Positions 51,331 through 64,000 of a DNA stretch of 64,000 bases are shown in pieces. The notes below the pieces were generated by a model. The model worked only from the letters and a program-made list of their open reading frames with translations, searched no databases and was not told the DNA's origin. The DNA lies in NCBI GenBank assembly GCA_964016885.1, contig OZ024741.1, positions 31,310,001 to 31,374,000 on the forward strand, given 5' to 3'. The DNA comes from Eledone cirrhosa. Taxonomy: Eukaryota. Numbering within the stretch: position 1 is the first letter of the stretch; every line of letters starts with the position of its first letter. Position numbers and translations under genes: made by a program.

Positions 51331-52499
51331 TAAGACACATAGATACTGTAAGACACATATATACTGTAAGACACATATATACTGTAAGACACATAGATAC
51401 TGTAAGACACATAGATACTGTAAGACACATATATACTGTAAGACACATATATACTGTAAGACACATATATACTGTAAGACACATAGATATTGTAAGACAC
51501 GTATATACTGTAAGACACATATATACTGTAAGACACATATATACTGTAAGACACATATATATTGTAAGACACATATATACTGTAAGACACATATACTGTC
51601 AGACACATATATACTGTAAGACACATATATACTGTAAGACACATATATACTGTAAGACACATATATACTGTAAGACACATATATACTGTAAGACATATAT
51701 ATACTGGAAGACACATATATACTGTAAGACATATATATACTGGAAGACACATATATACTGTAAGACACATATATATACTGTAAGACACATATATACTGTA
51801 AGACACATATATACTGTAAGACACATATATACTGTAAGACACACATATACTGTAAGACACATATTTACTGTAAGACATATATATACTGGAAGACACATAT
51901 ATACTGTAAGACACATATATACTGTAAGACACATATATACTGTAAGACACATATATACTGTAAGACACATATATACTGTAAGACACATATATACTGTAAG
52001 ACATATATATACTGTAAGACACATAGATACTGTTAGACACATATATATACTGTAAGACACATATATACTGTAAGACACATATATACTGTAAGACACATAT
52101 ATACTGTAAGACACATATATACTGTAAGACACATAGATACTGTAAGACACATATATATACTGTAAGACACATATATACTGTAAGACACATATATACTGCA
52201 AGACACATATATATACTGTAAGACACATATATATACTGTAAGACACATATATACCGTAAGACACATATATATACTGTAAGACACATAGATACTGTAAGAC
52301 ACATATATATACTGTAAGACACATATATACTGTAAGACACATATATACTGTAAGACACATATATACTGTAAGACACATAGATACTGTAAGACACATAGAT
52401 ACTGTAAGACACATATATACTGTAAGACACATAGATACTGTAAGACACATATATACTGTAAGACACATATATATACTGTAAGACACATATATACTGTAA

Positions 52500-54460
52500 G
52501 ACACATATATACTGTAAGACACATATATACTGTAAGACACATATATACTCTAAGACACATAGATACTGTAAGACACATAGATACTGTAAGACACATATAT
52601 ACCGTAAGACACATATATATACTGTAAGACACATATATACTGTAAGACACATATATACTGTAAGACACATATATACTGTAAGACACATATATACTGTAAG
52701 ACACATAGATACTGTAAGACACATATATATACTGTAAGACACATAGATACTGTAAGACACCTATATACTGTAAGACCCATATATATACTGTAAGACACAT
52801 ATATACTGTAAGACACATATATACTGTAAGACACGTATATATACTGTAAGACACATATATACTGTAAGACACATATATACTGTAAGACACGTATATATAC
52901 TGTAAGACACATATATACTGTAAGACACATATATTTACTGTAAGACACATATATACTGTAAGACACATATATACTGTAAGACACATATATACTGTAAGAC
53001 ACATATATACTGTAAGACACATAGATACTGTAAGACACATATATATACTGTAAGACACATAGATACTGTAAGACACATATATACTGTAAGACACATATAT
53101 ATACTGTAAGACACATATATACTGTAAGACACATATATACTGTAAGACACATATATACTGTAAGACACATAGATACTGTAAGACACATATATATTGTAAG
53201 ACACATATATACTGTAAGACACATAGATACTGTAAGACACATAGATACTGTAAGACACATATATATACTGTAAGACGCATAGATACTGTAAGACACATAT
53301 ATACTGTAAGACACATATATACTGTAAGACACATATATATTGTAAGACACATATATACTGTAAGACACATAGATACTGTAAGACACATAGATACTGTAAG
53401 ACACATATATATACTGTAAGACGCATAGATACTGTAAGACACATAGATACTGTAAGACACATATATACTGTAAGACACATATATATACTGTAAGACACAT
53501 ATATACTGTAAGACACATATATACTGTAAGACACATATATACTGTAAGACACATATATACTCTAAGACACATAGATACTGTAAGACACATAGATACTGTA
53601 AGACACATATATACCGTAAGACACATATATATACTGTAAGACACATATATACTGTAAGACACATATATACTGTAAGACACATATATACTGTAAGACACAT
53701 ATATACTGTAAGACACATAGATACTGTAAGACACATATATATACTGTAAGACACATAGATACTGTAAGACACCTATATACTGTAAGACACATATATATAC
53801 TGTAAGACACATATATACTGTAAGACACATATATACTGTAAGACACGTATATATACTGTAAGACACATATATACTGTAAGACACATATATACTGTAAGAC
53901 ACGTATATATACTGTAAGACACATATATACTGTAAGACACATATATTTACTGTAAGACACATATATACTGTAAGACACATATATACTGTAAGACACATAT
54001 ATACTGTAAGACACATATATACTGTAAGACACATAGATACTGTAAGACACATATATATACTGTAAGACACATAGATACTGTAAGACACATATATACTGTA
54101 AGACACATATATATACTGTAAGACACATATATACTGTAAGACACATATATACTGTAAGACACATATATACTGTAAGACACATAGATACTGTAAGACACAT
54201 ATATATTGTAAGACACATATATACTGTAAGACACATAGATACTGTAAGACACATAGATACTGTAAGACACATATATATACTGTAAGACGCATAGATACTG
54301 TAAGACACATATATACTGTAAGACACATATATACTGTAAGACACATATATATTGTAAGACACATATATACTGTAAGACACATAGATACTGTAAGACACAT
54401 AGATACTGTAAGACACATATATATACTGTAAGACGCATAGATACTGTAAGACACATATAT
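52500..54460. repeat. 1012-bp tandem duplication carrying a simpler version of the domain-A CACCT module and GACGCAT variants
   Basis: CACCT 52760/53772, ACTCTAAG ~52550/53562 and GACGCAT ~53277/54289. Confidence 0.85.
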
Positions 54461-57400
54461 ACTGTAAGACACATATATACTGTAAGACACATATATTTAC
54501 TGTAAGACACATATATACTGTAAGACACATATATACTGTAAGACACATATATACTGTAAGACACATAGATACTGTAAGACACATAGATACTGTAAGACAC
54601 ATATATATACTGTAAGACACATAGATACTGTAAGACACATATATACTGTAAGACACATATATATACTGTAAGACACATATATACTGTAAGACACATATAT
54701 ACTGTAAGACACATATATACTGTAAGACACATAGATACTGTAAGACACATATATACTGTAAGACACATAGATACTGTAAGACACATAGATACTGTAAGAC
54801 ACATATATACTGTAAGACACATAGATACTGTAAGACACATCTATACTGTAAGACATATATACTGTAAGACATATATATACTGTAAGACACATATATACTG
54901 TAAGACACATATATACTGTAAGACACATATACTGTAAGACATATATATACTGTAAGACACATATATACTGTAAGACATATATACTGTAAGACACATAGAT
55001 ACTGTAAGACACATATATACTGTAAGACACATATATACTGTAAGACACATAGATACTGTAAGACACATAGATACTGTAAGACACATATATACTGTAAGAC
55101 ACATATATACTGTAAGACACATATATACTGTAAGACACATAGATACTGTAAGACACATATATACTGTAAGACACAACTATACTGTAAGACACATATATAC
55201 TGTAAGACACATATATACTGTAAGACACATATATGCTGTAAGACACATATATACTGTAAGACACATATATACTGTAAGACACATAGATACTGTAAGACAC
55301 ATAGATACTGTAAGACACATATATACTGTAAGATACATAGATACTGTAAGACACATAGATACTGTAAGACACATATATACTGTAAGACACATAGATACTG
55401 TAAGACACATATATACTGTAAGACACATCTATACTGTGAGACATATATACTGTAAGACATATATATACTGTAAGACACATATATACAGTAAGACACATAT
55501 ATACTGTAAGACACATATACTGTAAGACATATATATACTGTAAGACACATATATACTGTAAGACATATATACTGTAAGACACATAGATACTGTAAGACAC
55601 ATATATACTGTAAGACACATATATACTGTAAGACACATAGATACTGTAAGACACATAGATACTGTAAGACACATATATACTGTAAGACACATATATACTG
55701 TAAGACACATATATACTGTAAGACACATATATACTGTAAGACACATAGATACTGTAAGACACGTATATACTGTAAGACACATATATACTGTAAGACACAT
55801 ATATACTGTAAGACACATATATATTGTAAGACACATATATACTGTAAGACACATATACTGTAAGACACATATATACTGTAAGACACATATATACTGTAAG
55901 ACACATATATACTGTAAGACACATATATACTGTAAGACACATATATACTGTAAGACATATGTATACTGGAAGACACATATATACTGTAAGACACATATAT
56001 ATACTGTAAGACACATATATACTGTAAGACACATATATACTGTAAGACACATATATACTGTAAGACACACATATACTGTAAGACACATATATACTGTAAG
56101 ACATATATATACTGGAAGACACATATATACTGTAAGACGCATATATATACTGTAAGACACATAGATACTGTAAGACACATATATATACTGTAAGACACAT
56201 ATATACTGTAAAACACATATATACTGTAAGACACATATATACTGTAAGACACATAGATACTGTAAGACACTTATATATACTGTAAGACACATATATACTG
56301 TAAGACACATATATATACTGTAAGACACATATATACTGTAAGAGACATATATACTGTAAGACACATATATAATGTAAGACACATATATACTGTAAGACAC
56401 ATAGATACTGTAAGACACATATATACTGTAAGACACATAGATACTGTAAGACACATATATACTGTAAGACACATAGATACTGTAAGACACATATATACTG
56501 TAAGACACATATATACTGTAAGACACATATATATTGTAAGACACATATATACTGTAAGACACATAGATACTGTAAGACACATAGATACTGTAAGACACAT
56601 ATATATACTGTAAGACGCATAGATACTGTAAGACACATATATACTGTAAGACACATATATACTGTAAGACACATATATATTGTAAGACACATATATACTG
56701 TAAGACACATAGATACTGTAAGACACATAGATACTGTAAGACACATATATATACTGTAAGACGCATAGATACTGTAAGACACATATATACTGTAAGACAC
56801 ATATATACTGTAAGACACATATATTTACTGTAAGACACATATATACTGTAAGACACATATATACTGTAAGACACATATATACTGTAAGACACATAGATAC
56901 TGTAAGACACATAGATACTGTAAGACACATATATATACTGTAAGACACATAGATACTGTAAGACACATATATACTGTAAGACACATATATATACTGTAAG
57001 ACACATATATACTGTAAGACACATATATACTGTAAGACACATATATACTGTAAGACACATAGATACTGTAAGACACATATATACTGTAAGACACATAGAT
57101 ACTGTAAGACACATAGATACTGTAAGACACATATATACTGTAAGACACATAGATACTGTAAGACACATCTATACTGTAAGACATATATACTGTAAGACAT
57201 ATATATACTGTAAGACACATATATACTGTAAGACACATATATACTGTAAGACACATATACTGTGAGACATATATATACTGTAAGACACATATATACTGTA
57301 AGACATATATACTGTAAGACACATAGATACTGTAAGACACATATATACTGTAAGACACATATATACTGTAAGACACATAGATACTGTAAGACACATAGAT

Positions 57401-58780
57401 ACTGTAAGACACATATATACTGTAAGACACATATATACTGTAAGACACATATATACTGTAAGACACATAGATACTGTAAGACACATATATACTGTAAGAC
57501 ACAACTATACTGTAAGACACATATATACTGTAAGACACATATATACTGTAAGACACATATATGCTGTAAGACACATATATACTGTAAGACACATATATAC
57601 TGTAAGACACATAGATACTGTAAGACACATAGATACTGTAAGACACATATATACTGTAAGATACATAGATACTGTAAGACACATAGATACTGTAAGACAC
57701 ATATATACTGTAAGACACATAGATACTGTAAGACACATATATACTGTAAGACACATCTATACTGTGAGACATATATACTGTAAGACATATATATACTGTA
57801 AGACACATATATACAGTAAGACACATATATACTGTAAGACACATATACTGTAAGACATATATATACTGTAAGACACATATATACTGTAAGACATATATAC
57901 TGTAAGACACATAGATACTGTAAGACACATATATACTGTAAGACACATATATACTGTAAGACACATAGATACTGTAAGACACATAGATACTGTAAGACAC
58001 ATATATACTGTAAGACACATATATACTGTAAGACACATATATACTGTAAGACACATATATACTGTAAGACACATAGATACTGTAAGACACGTATATACTG
58101 TAAGACACATATATACTGTAAGACACATATATACTGTAAGACACATATATATTGTAAGACACATATATACTGTAAGACACATATACTGTAAGACACATAT
58201 ATACTGTAAGACACATATATACTGTAAGACACATATATACTGTAAGACACATATATACTGTAAGACACATATATACTGTAAGACATATGTATACTGGAAG
58301 ACACATATATACTGTAAGACACATATATATACTGTAAGACACATATATACTGTAAGACACATATATACTGTAAGACATATATATACTGGAAGACATATAT
58401 ATACTGTAAGACGCATATATATACTGTAAGACACATAGATACTGTAAGACACATATATATACTGTAAGACACATATATACTGTAAAACACATATATACTG
58501 TAAGACACATATATACTGTAAGACACATAGATACTGTAAGACACTTATATATACTGTAAGACACATATATACTGTAAGACACATATATATACTGTAAGAC
58601 ACATATATACTGTAAGAGACATATATACTGTAAGACACATATATAATGTAAGACACATATATACTGTAAGACACATAGATACTGTAAGACACATATATAC
58701 TGTAAGACACATAGATACTGTAAGACACATATATACTGTAAGACACATAGATACTGTAAGACACATATATACTGTAAGAC
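54200..58780. repeat. 2328-bp tandem duplication in domain C with an internal 588-bp sub-repeat
   Basis: GACGC 54289/56617 and ATGTATACTGGA 55961/58289. ORFs 55177..55428 and 57505..57756 are identical. The 16-mer module starts at 54841/55429 and 57169/57757 (588 bp). The offset falls to 2274 (3 monomers fewer) at CACTTAT 56271/58545. Confidence 0.88.
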
Positions 58781-59339
58781 ACATCTATACTGTAAGACAT
58801 ATATACTGTAAGACATATATATACTGTAAGACACATATATACTGTAAGACACATATATACTGTAAGACACATATACTGTAAGACATATATATACTGTAAG
58901 ACATATATAAACTGTAAGACACATATATACCGTAAGACACATATATATACTGTAAGACACATAGATACTGTAAGACACATATATATACTGTAAGACACAT
59001 ATATACTGTAAGACACATATATACTGTAAGACACATATATATACTGTAAGACACATATATACTGTAAGAGACATATATACTGTAAGACACATATATACTG
59101 TAAGACACATAGATACTGTAAGACACATATATACTGTAAGACACATAGATACTGTAAGACACATATATACTGTAAGACACATAGATACTGTAAGACACAT
59201 ATATACTGTAAGACACATCTATACTGTAAGACATATATACTGTAAGACATATATATACTGTAAGACACATAGATACTGTAAGACACATATATACTGTAAG
59301 ACACATAGATACTGTAAGACACATATATACTGTAAGACA

Positions 59340-62300
59340 CATCTATACTGTGAGACATATATACTGTAAGACATATATATACTGTAAGACACATATATAC
59401 TGTAAGACACATATATACTGTAAGACACATATACTGTAAGACATATATATACTGTAAGACACATATATACTGTAAGACATATATACTGTAAGACACATAG
59501 ATACTGTAAGACACATATATATACTGTAAGACACATATATACTGTAAGACACATATATACTGTAAGACACATATATACTGTAAGACACATATATATACTG
59601 TAAGACACATATATACTGTAAGACACATATATACTGTAAGACACATATATACTGTAAGACACATAGATACTGTAAGACACATATATACTGTAAGACACAT
59701 AGATACTGTAAGACACATATATACTGTAAGACACATATATATACTGTAAGACACATATATACTGTAAGACACATATATACTGTAAGACACATATATACTG
59801 TAAGACACATATATACTGTAAGACACATATATACTCTAAGACACATAGATACTGTAAGACACATAGATACTGTAAGACACATATATACCGTAAGACACAT
59901 ATATATACTGTAAGACACATATATACTGTAAGACACATATATACTGTAAGACACATATATACTGTAAGACACATATATACTGTAAGACACATAGATACTG
60001 TAAGACACATATATATACTGTAAGACACATATATACTGTAAGACACATATATACTGTAAGACACATATATACTGTAAGACACATAGATACTGTAAGACAC
60101 ATATATATACTGTAAGACACATATATACTGTAAGACACATATATACTGCAAGACACATATATATACTGTAAGACACACATATATATATACTGTAAGACAC
60201 ATATATACCGTAAGACACATATATATACTGTAAGACACATATATACTGTAAGACACATAGATACTGTAAGACACATAGATACTGTAAGACACATATATAC
60301 TGTAAGACACATAGATACTGTAAGACACATATATACTGTAAGACACATCTATACTGTGAGACATATATACTGTAAGACATATATATACTGTAAGACACAT
60401 ATATACTGTAAGACACATATATACTGTAAGACACATATACTGTAAGACATATATATACTGTAAGACACATATATACTGTAAGACATATATACTGTAAGAC
60501 ACATAGATACTGTAAGACACATATATACTGTAAGACACATATATACTGTAAGACACATAGATACTGTAAGACACATAGATACTGTAAGACACATATATAC
60601 CGTAAGACACATATATACTGTAAGACACATATATACTGTAAGACACATAGATACTGTAAGACACGTATATACTGTAAGACACATATATACTGTAAGACAC
60701 ATATATACTGTAAGACACATATATATTGTAAGACACATATATACTGTAAGACACATATACTGTAAGACACATATATACTGTAAGACACATATATACTGTA
60801 AGACACATATATACTGTAAGACACATATATACTGTAAGACACATATATACTGTAAGACATATATATACTGGAAGACACATATATACTGTAAGACATATGT
60901 ATACTGGAAGACACATATATACTGTAAGACACATATATATACTGTAAGACACATATATACTGTAAGACACATATATACTGTAAGACACATATATACTGTA
61001 AGACACACATATACTGTAAGACACATATATACTGTAAGACATATATATACTGGAAGACACATATATACTGTAAGACACATATATATACTGTAAGACACAT
61101 AGATACTGTAAGACACATATATATACTGTAAGACACATATATACTGTAAGACACATATATACTGTAAGACACATATATACTGTAAGACACATATATACTG
61201 TAAGACACATAGATACTGTAAGACACATATATATACTGTAAGACACATATATACTGTAAGACACATATATACTGTAAGACACATATATATACTGTAAGAC
61301 ACATATATATACTGTAAGACACATATATACCGTAAGACACATATATATACTGTAAGACACATAGATACTGTAAGACACATATATATACTGTAAGACACAT
61401 ATATATTGTAAGACATATATATATTGTAAGACACATATATATATACTGTAAGACACATATATGCTGTAAGACACATATATATACTGTAAGACACATATAT
61501 AAACTGTAAGACACATATATACCGTAAGACACATATATATACTGTAAGACACATAGATACTGTAAGACACATATATATATACTGTAAGACACATATATAC
61601 TGTAAGACACATATATACTGTAAGACACATATATATACTGTAAGACACATATATACTGTAAGAGACATATATACTGTAAGACACATATATACTGTAAGAC
61701 ACATAGATACTGTAAGACACATATATACTGTAAGACACATATATTTACTGTAAGACACATATATACTGTAAGACACATATATACTGTAAGACACATAGAT
61801 ACTGTAAGACACATAGATACTGTAAGACACATATATATACTGTAAGACACATAGATACTGTAAGACATATATACTGTAAGACACATAGATACTGTAAGAC
61901 ACATAGATACTGTAAGACACATATATACTGTAAGACACATCTATACTGTGAGACATATATACTGTAAGACATATATATACTGTAAGACACATATATACTG
62001 TAAGACACATATATACTGTAAGACACATATACTGTAAGACATATATATACTGTAAGACACATATATACTGTAAGACATATATACTGTAAGACACATAGAT
62101 ACTGTAAGACACATATATATACTCTAAGACACATATATACTGTAAGACACATATATACTGTAAGACACATATATACTGTAAGACACATATATATACTGTA
62201 AGACACATATATACTGTAAGACACATATATACTGTAAGACACATATATACTGTAAGACACATAGATACTGTAAGACACATATATACTGTAAGACACATAG

Positions 62301-64000
62301 ATACTGTAAGACACATATATACTGTAAGACACATATATATACTGTAAGACACATATATACTGTAAGACACATATATACTGTAAGACACATATATACTCTA
62401 AGACACATAGATACTGTAAGACACATAGATACTGTAAGACACATATATACCGTAAGACACATATATATACTGTAAGACACATATATACTGTAAGACACAT
62501 ATATACTGTAAGACACATAGATACTGTAAGACACATATATATACTGTAAGACACATATATACTGTAAGACACATATATACTGTAAGACACATATATACTG
62601 TAAGACACATAGATACTGTAAGACACATATATATACTGTAAGACACATATATACTGTAAGACACATATATACTGCAAGACACATATATATACTGTAAGAC
62701 ACATATATATATACTGTAAGACACATATATACCGTAAGACACATATATATACTGTAAGACACATATATACTGTAAGACACATAGATACTGTAAGACACAT
62801 AGATACTGTAAGACACATATATACTGTAAGACACATAGATACTGTAAGACACATATATACTGTAAGACACATCTATACTGTGAGACATATATACTGTAAG
62901 ACATATATATACTGTAAGACACATATATACTGTAAGACACATATATACTGTAAGACACATATACTGTAAGACATATATATACTGTAAGACACATATATAC
63001 TGTAAGACATATATACTGTAAGACACATAGATACTGTAAGACACATATATACTGTAAGACACATATATACTGTAAGACACATAGATACTGTAAGACACAT
63101 AGATACTGTAAGACACATCTATACTGTAAGACACATATATACTGTAAGACACATATATACTGTAAGACACATATATACTGTAAGACACATAGATACTGTA
63201 AGACACGTATATACTGTAAGACACATATATACTGTAAGACACATATATACTGTAAGACACATATATATTGTAAGACACATATATACTGTAAGACACATAT
63301 ACTGTAAGACACATATATACTGTAAGACACATATATACTGTAAGACACATATATACTGTAAGACACATATATACTGTAAGACACATATATACTGTAAGAC
63401 ATATATATACTGGAAGACACATATATACTGTAAGACATATGTATACTGGAAGACACATATATACTGTAAGACACATATATATACTGTAAGACACATATAT
63501 ACTGTAAGACACATATATACTGTAAGACACATATATACTGTAAGACACACATATACTGTAAGACACATATATACTGTAAGACATATATATACTGGAAGAC
63601 ACATATATACTGTAAGACACATATATATACTGTAAGACACATAGATACTGTAAGACACATATATATACTGTAAGACACATATATACTGTAAGACACATAT
63701 ATACTGTAAGACACATATATACTGTAAGACACATATATACTGTAAGACACATAGATACTGTAAGACACATATATATACTGTAAGACACATATATACTGTA
63801 AGACATATATACTGTAAGACACATAGATACTGTAAGACACATATATATACTCTAAGACACATGTATACTGTAAGACACATATATACTGTAAGACACATAT
63901 ATACTGTAAGACACATATATATACTGTAAGACACATATATACTGTAAGACACATATATACTGTAAGACACATATATACTGTAAGACACATAGATACTGTA
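59340..64000. repeat. Less exact ~2.5-2.6 kb duplication in domain C
   Basis: CATCTATACTGTGAGAC occurs at 59343, 60349, 61941 and 62873 (offsets 2598 and 2524 between alternate copies). ATGTATACTGGA occurs at 60899/63441 (2542). Confidence 0.8.

Larger units (their letters stand above)
1..64000. repeat. Tandem satellite/minisatellite array, 18-bp monomer ACTGTAAGACACATATAT, head-to-tail, single orientation, extends beyond both window edges
   Basis: Every line of the window consists of this monomer or a close variant: ...CATAGAT (common), 20-bp ...CATATATAT, 16-, 22- and 24-bp forms. No non-repeat sequence or inversion was seen. All ORF translations are the hexapeptides YMCLTV/ICVLQY/YVSYSI (- strand) or YCKTHI/TVRHIY (+ strand), i.e. 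an 18-nt period. Confidence 0.99.

Noticed and set aside
57262-57783. Plus-strand 173-aa ORF with (YCKTHI/R)n, superficially Cys/His metal-binding
   Set aside because: It is just the satellite read in another frame. The start comes from a chance GTG variant (CTGTGAGAC), and there is no zinc-finger spacing or flanking gene structure.
463-63990. All minus-strand ORFs in the supplied track as protein-coding genes
   Set aside because: They overlap in all three frames, consist only of three hexapeptides, switch frame at every 2-bp indel and have no unique domain. They are a direct consequence of the 18-bp stop-free monomer.
1-64000. CRISPR array
   Set aside because: There are no unique spacers between repeats, the unit is too short, and there is no leader or cas gene.
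1-64000. Telomerase-synthesised telomeric repeat
   Set aside because: There is no G-rich strand or G-run, and kb-scale blocks sharing rare variants indicate recombinational duplication rather than templated addition. A subtelomeric location is not excluded.
1-64000. TATA-box, GATA (AGATAC) and HRE-like (TACGTG on minus) motifs as regulatory sites
   Set aside because: Short motifs are inevitable in this repeat and there is no associated gene. AGATAC does not fit WGATAR.
1-64000. Invariant protein-binding box (CENP-B-box-like) within the monomer
   Set aside because: Substitution variants were seen at essentially every one of the 18 positions, and there is no similarity to the 17-bp CENP-B box.
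1-64000. Hairpin/cruciform or Z-DNA role from TGT-AAG-ACA, ATATAT and the alternating ACACATATATAC tract
   Set aside because: The stems are only 3 bp and the alternating tract is short and AT-dominated, which is too weak to support a structural claim.

Overview
The whole 64-kb window is one uninterrupted, single-orientation tandem array of an AT-rich 18-bp monomer, consensus ACTGTAAGACACATATAT (5/18 GC; roughly 3,500 units by length/mean-unit estimate). It looks like eukaryotic satellite/minisatellite DNA, but I cannot assign an organism or a named family. I found no genes, RNA genes, transposons, CRISPR spacers or unique sequence. All listed ORFs are artefacts of the monomer being stop-free in 5 of 6 frames. 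The real information lies in the variant monomers. A common TAGAT allele, 16/20/22/24-bp length variants and rare diagnostic substitutions reveal a nested higher-order structure: reshuffled sub-kb modules, ~0.7-1.0 kb sub-repeats, repeated 2.3-2.9 kb and ~5 kb units, and an 8-11 kb-offset segmental duplication. These are arranged in three compositionally distinct domains. I see no evidence for a new protein-coding system. The noteworthy features concern how the array is built and evolves. Offsets were counted by hand from marker positions, and block boundaries are approximate.
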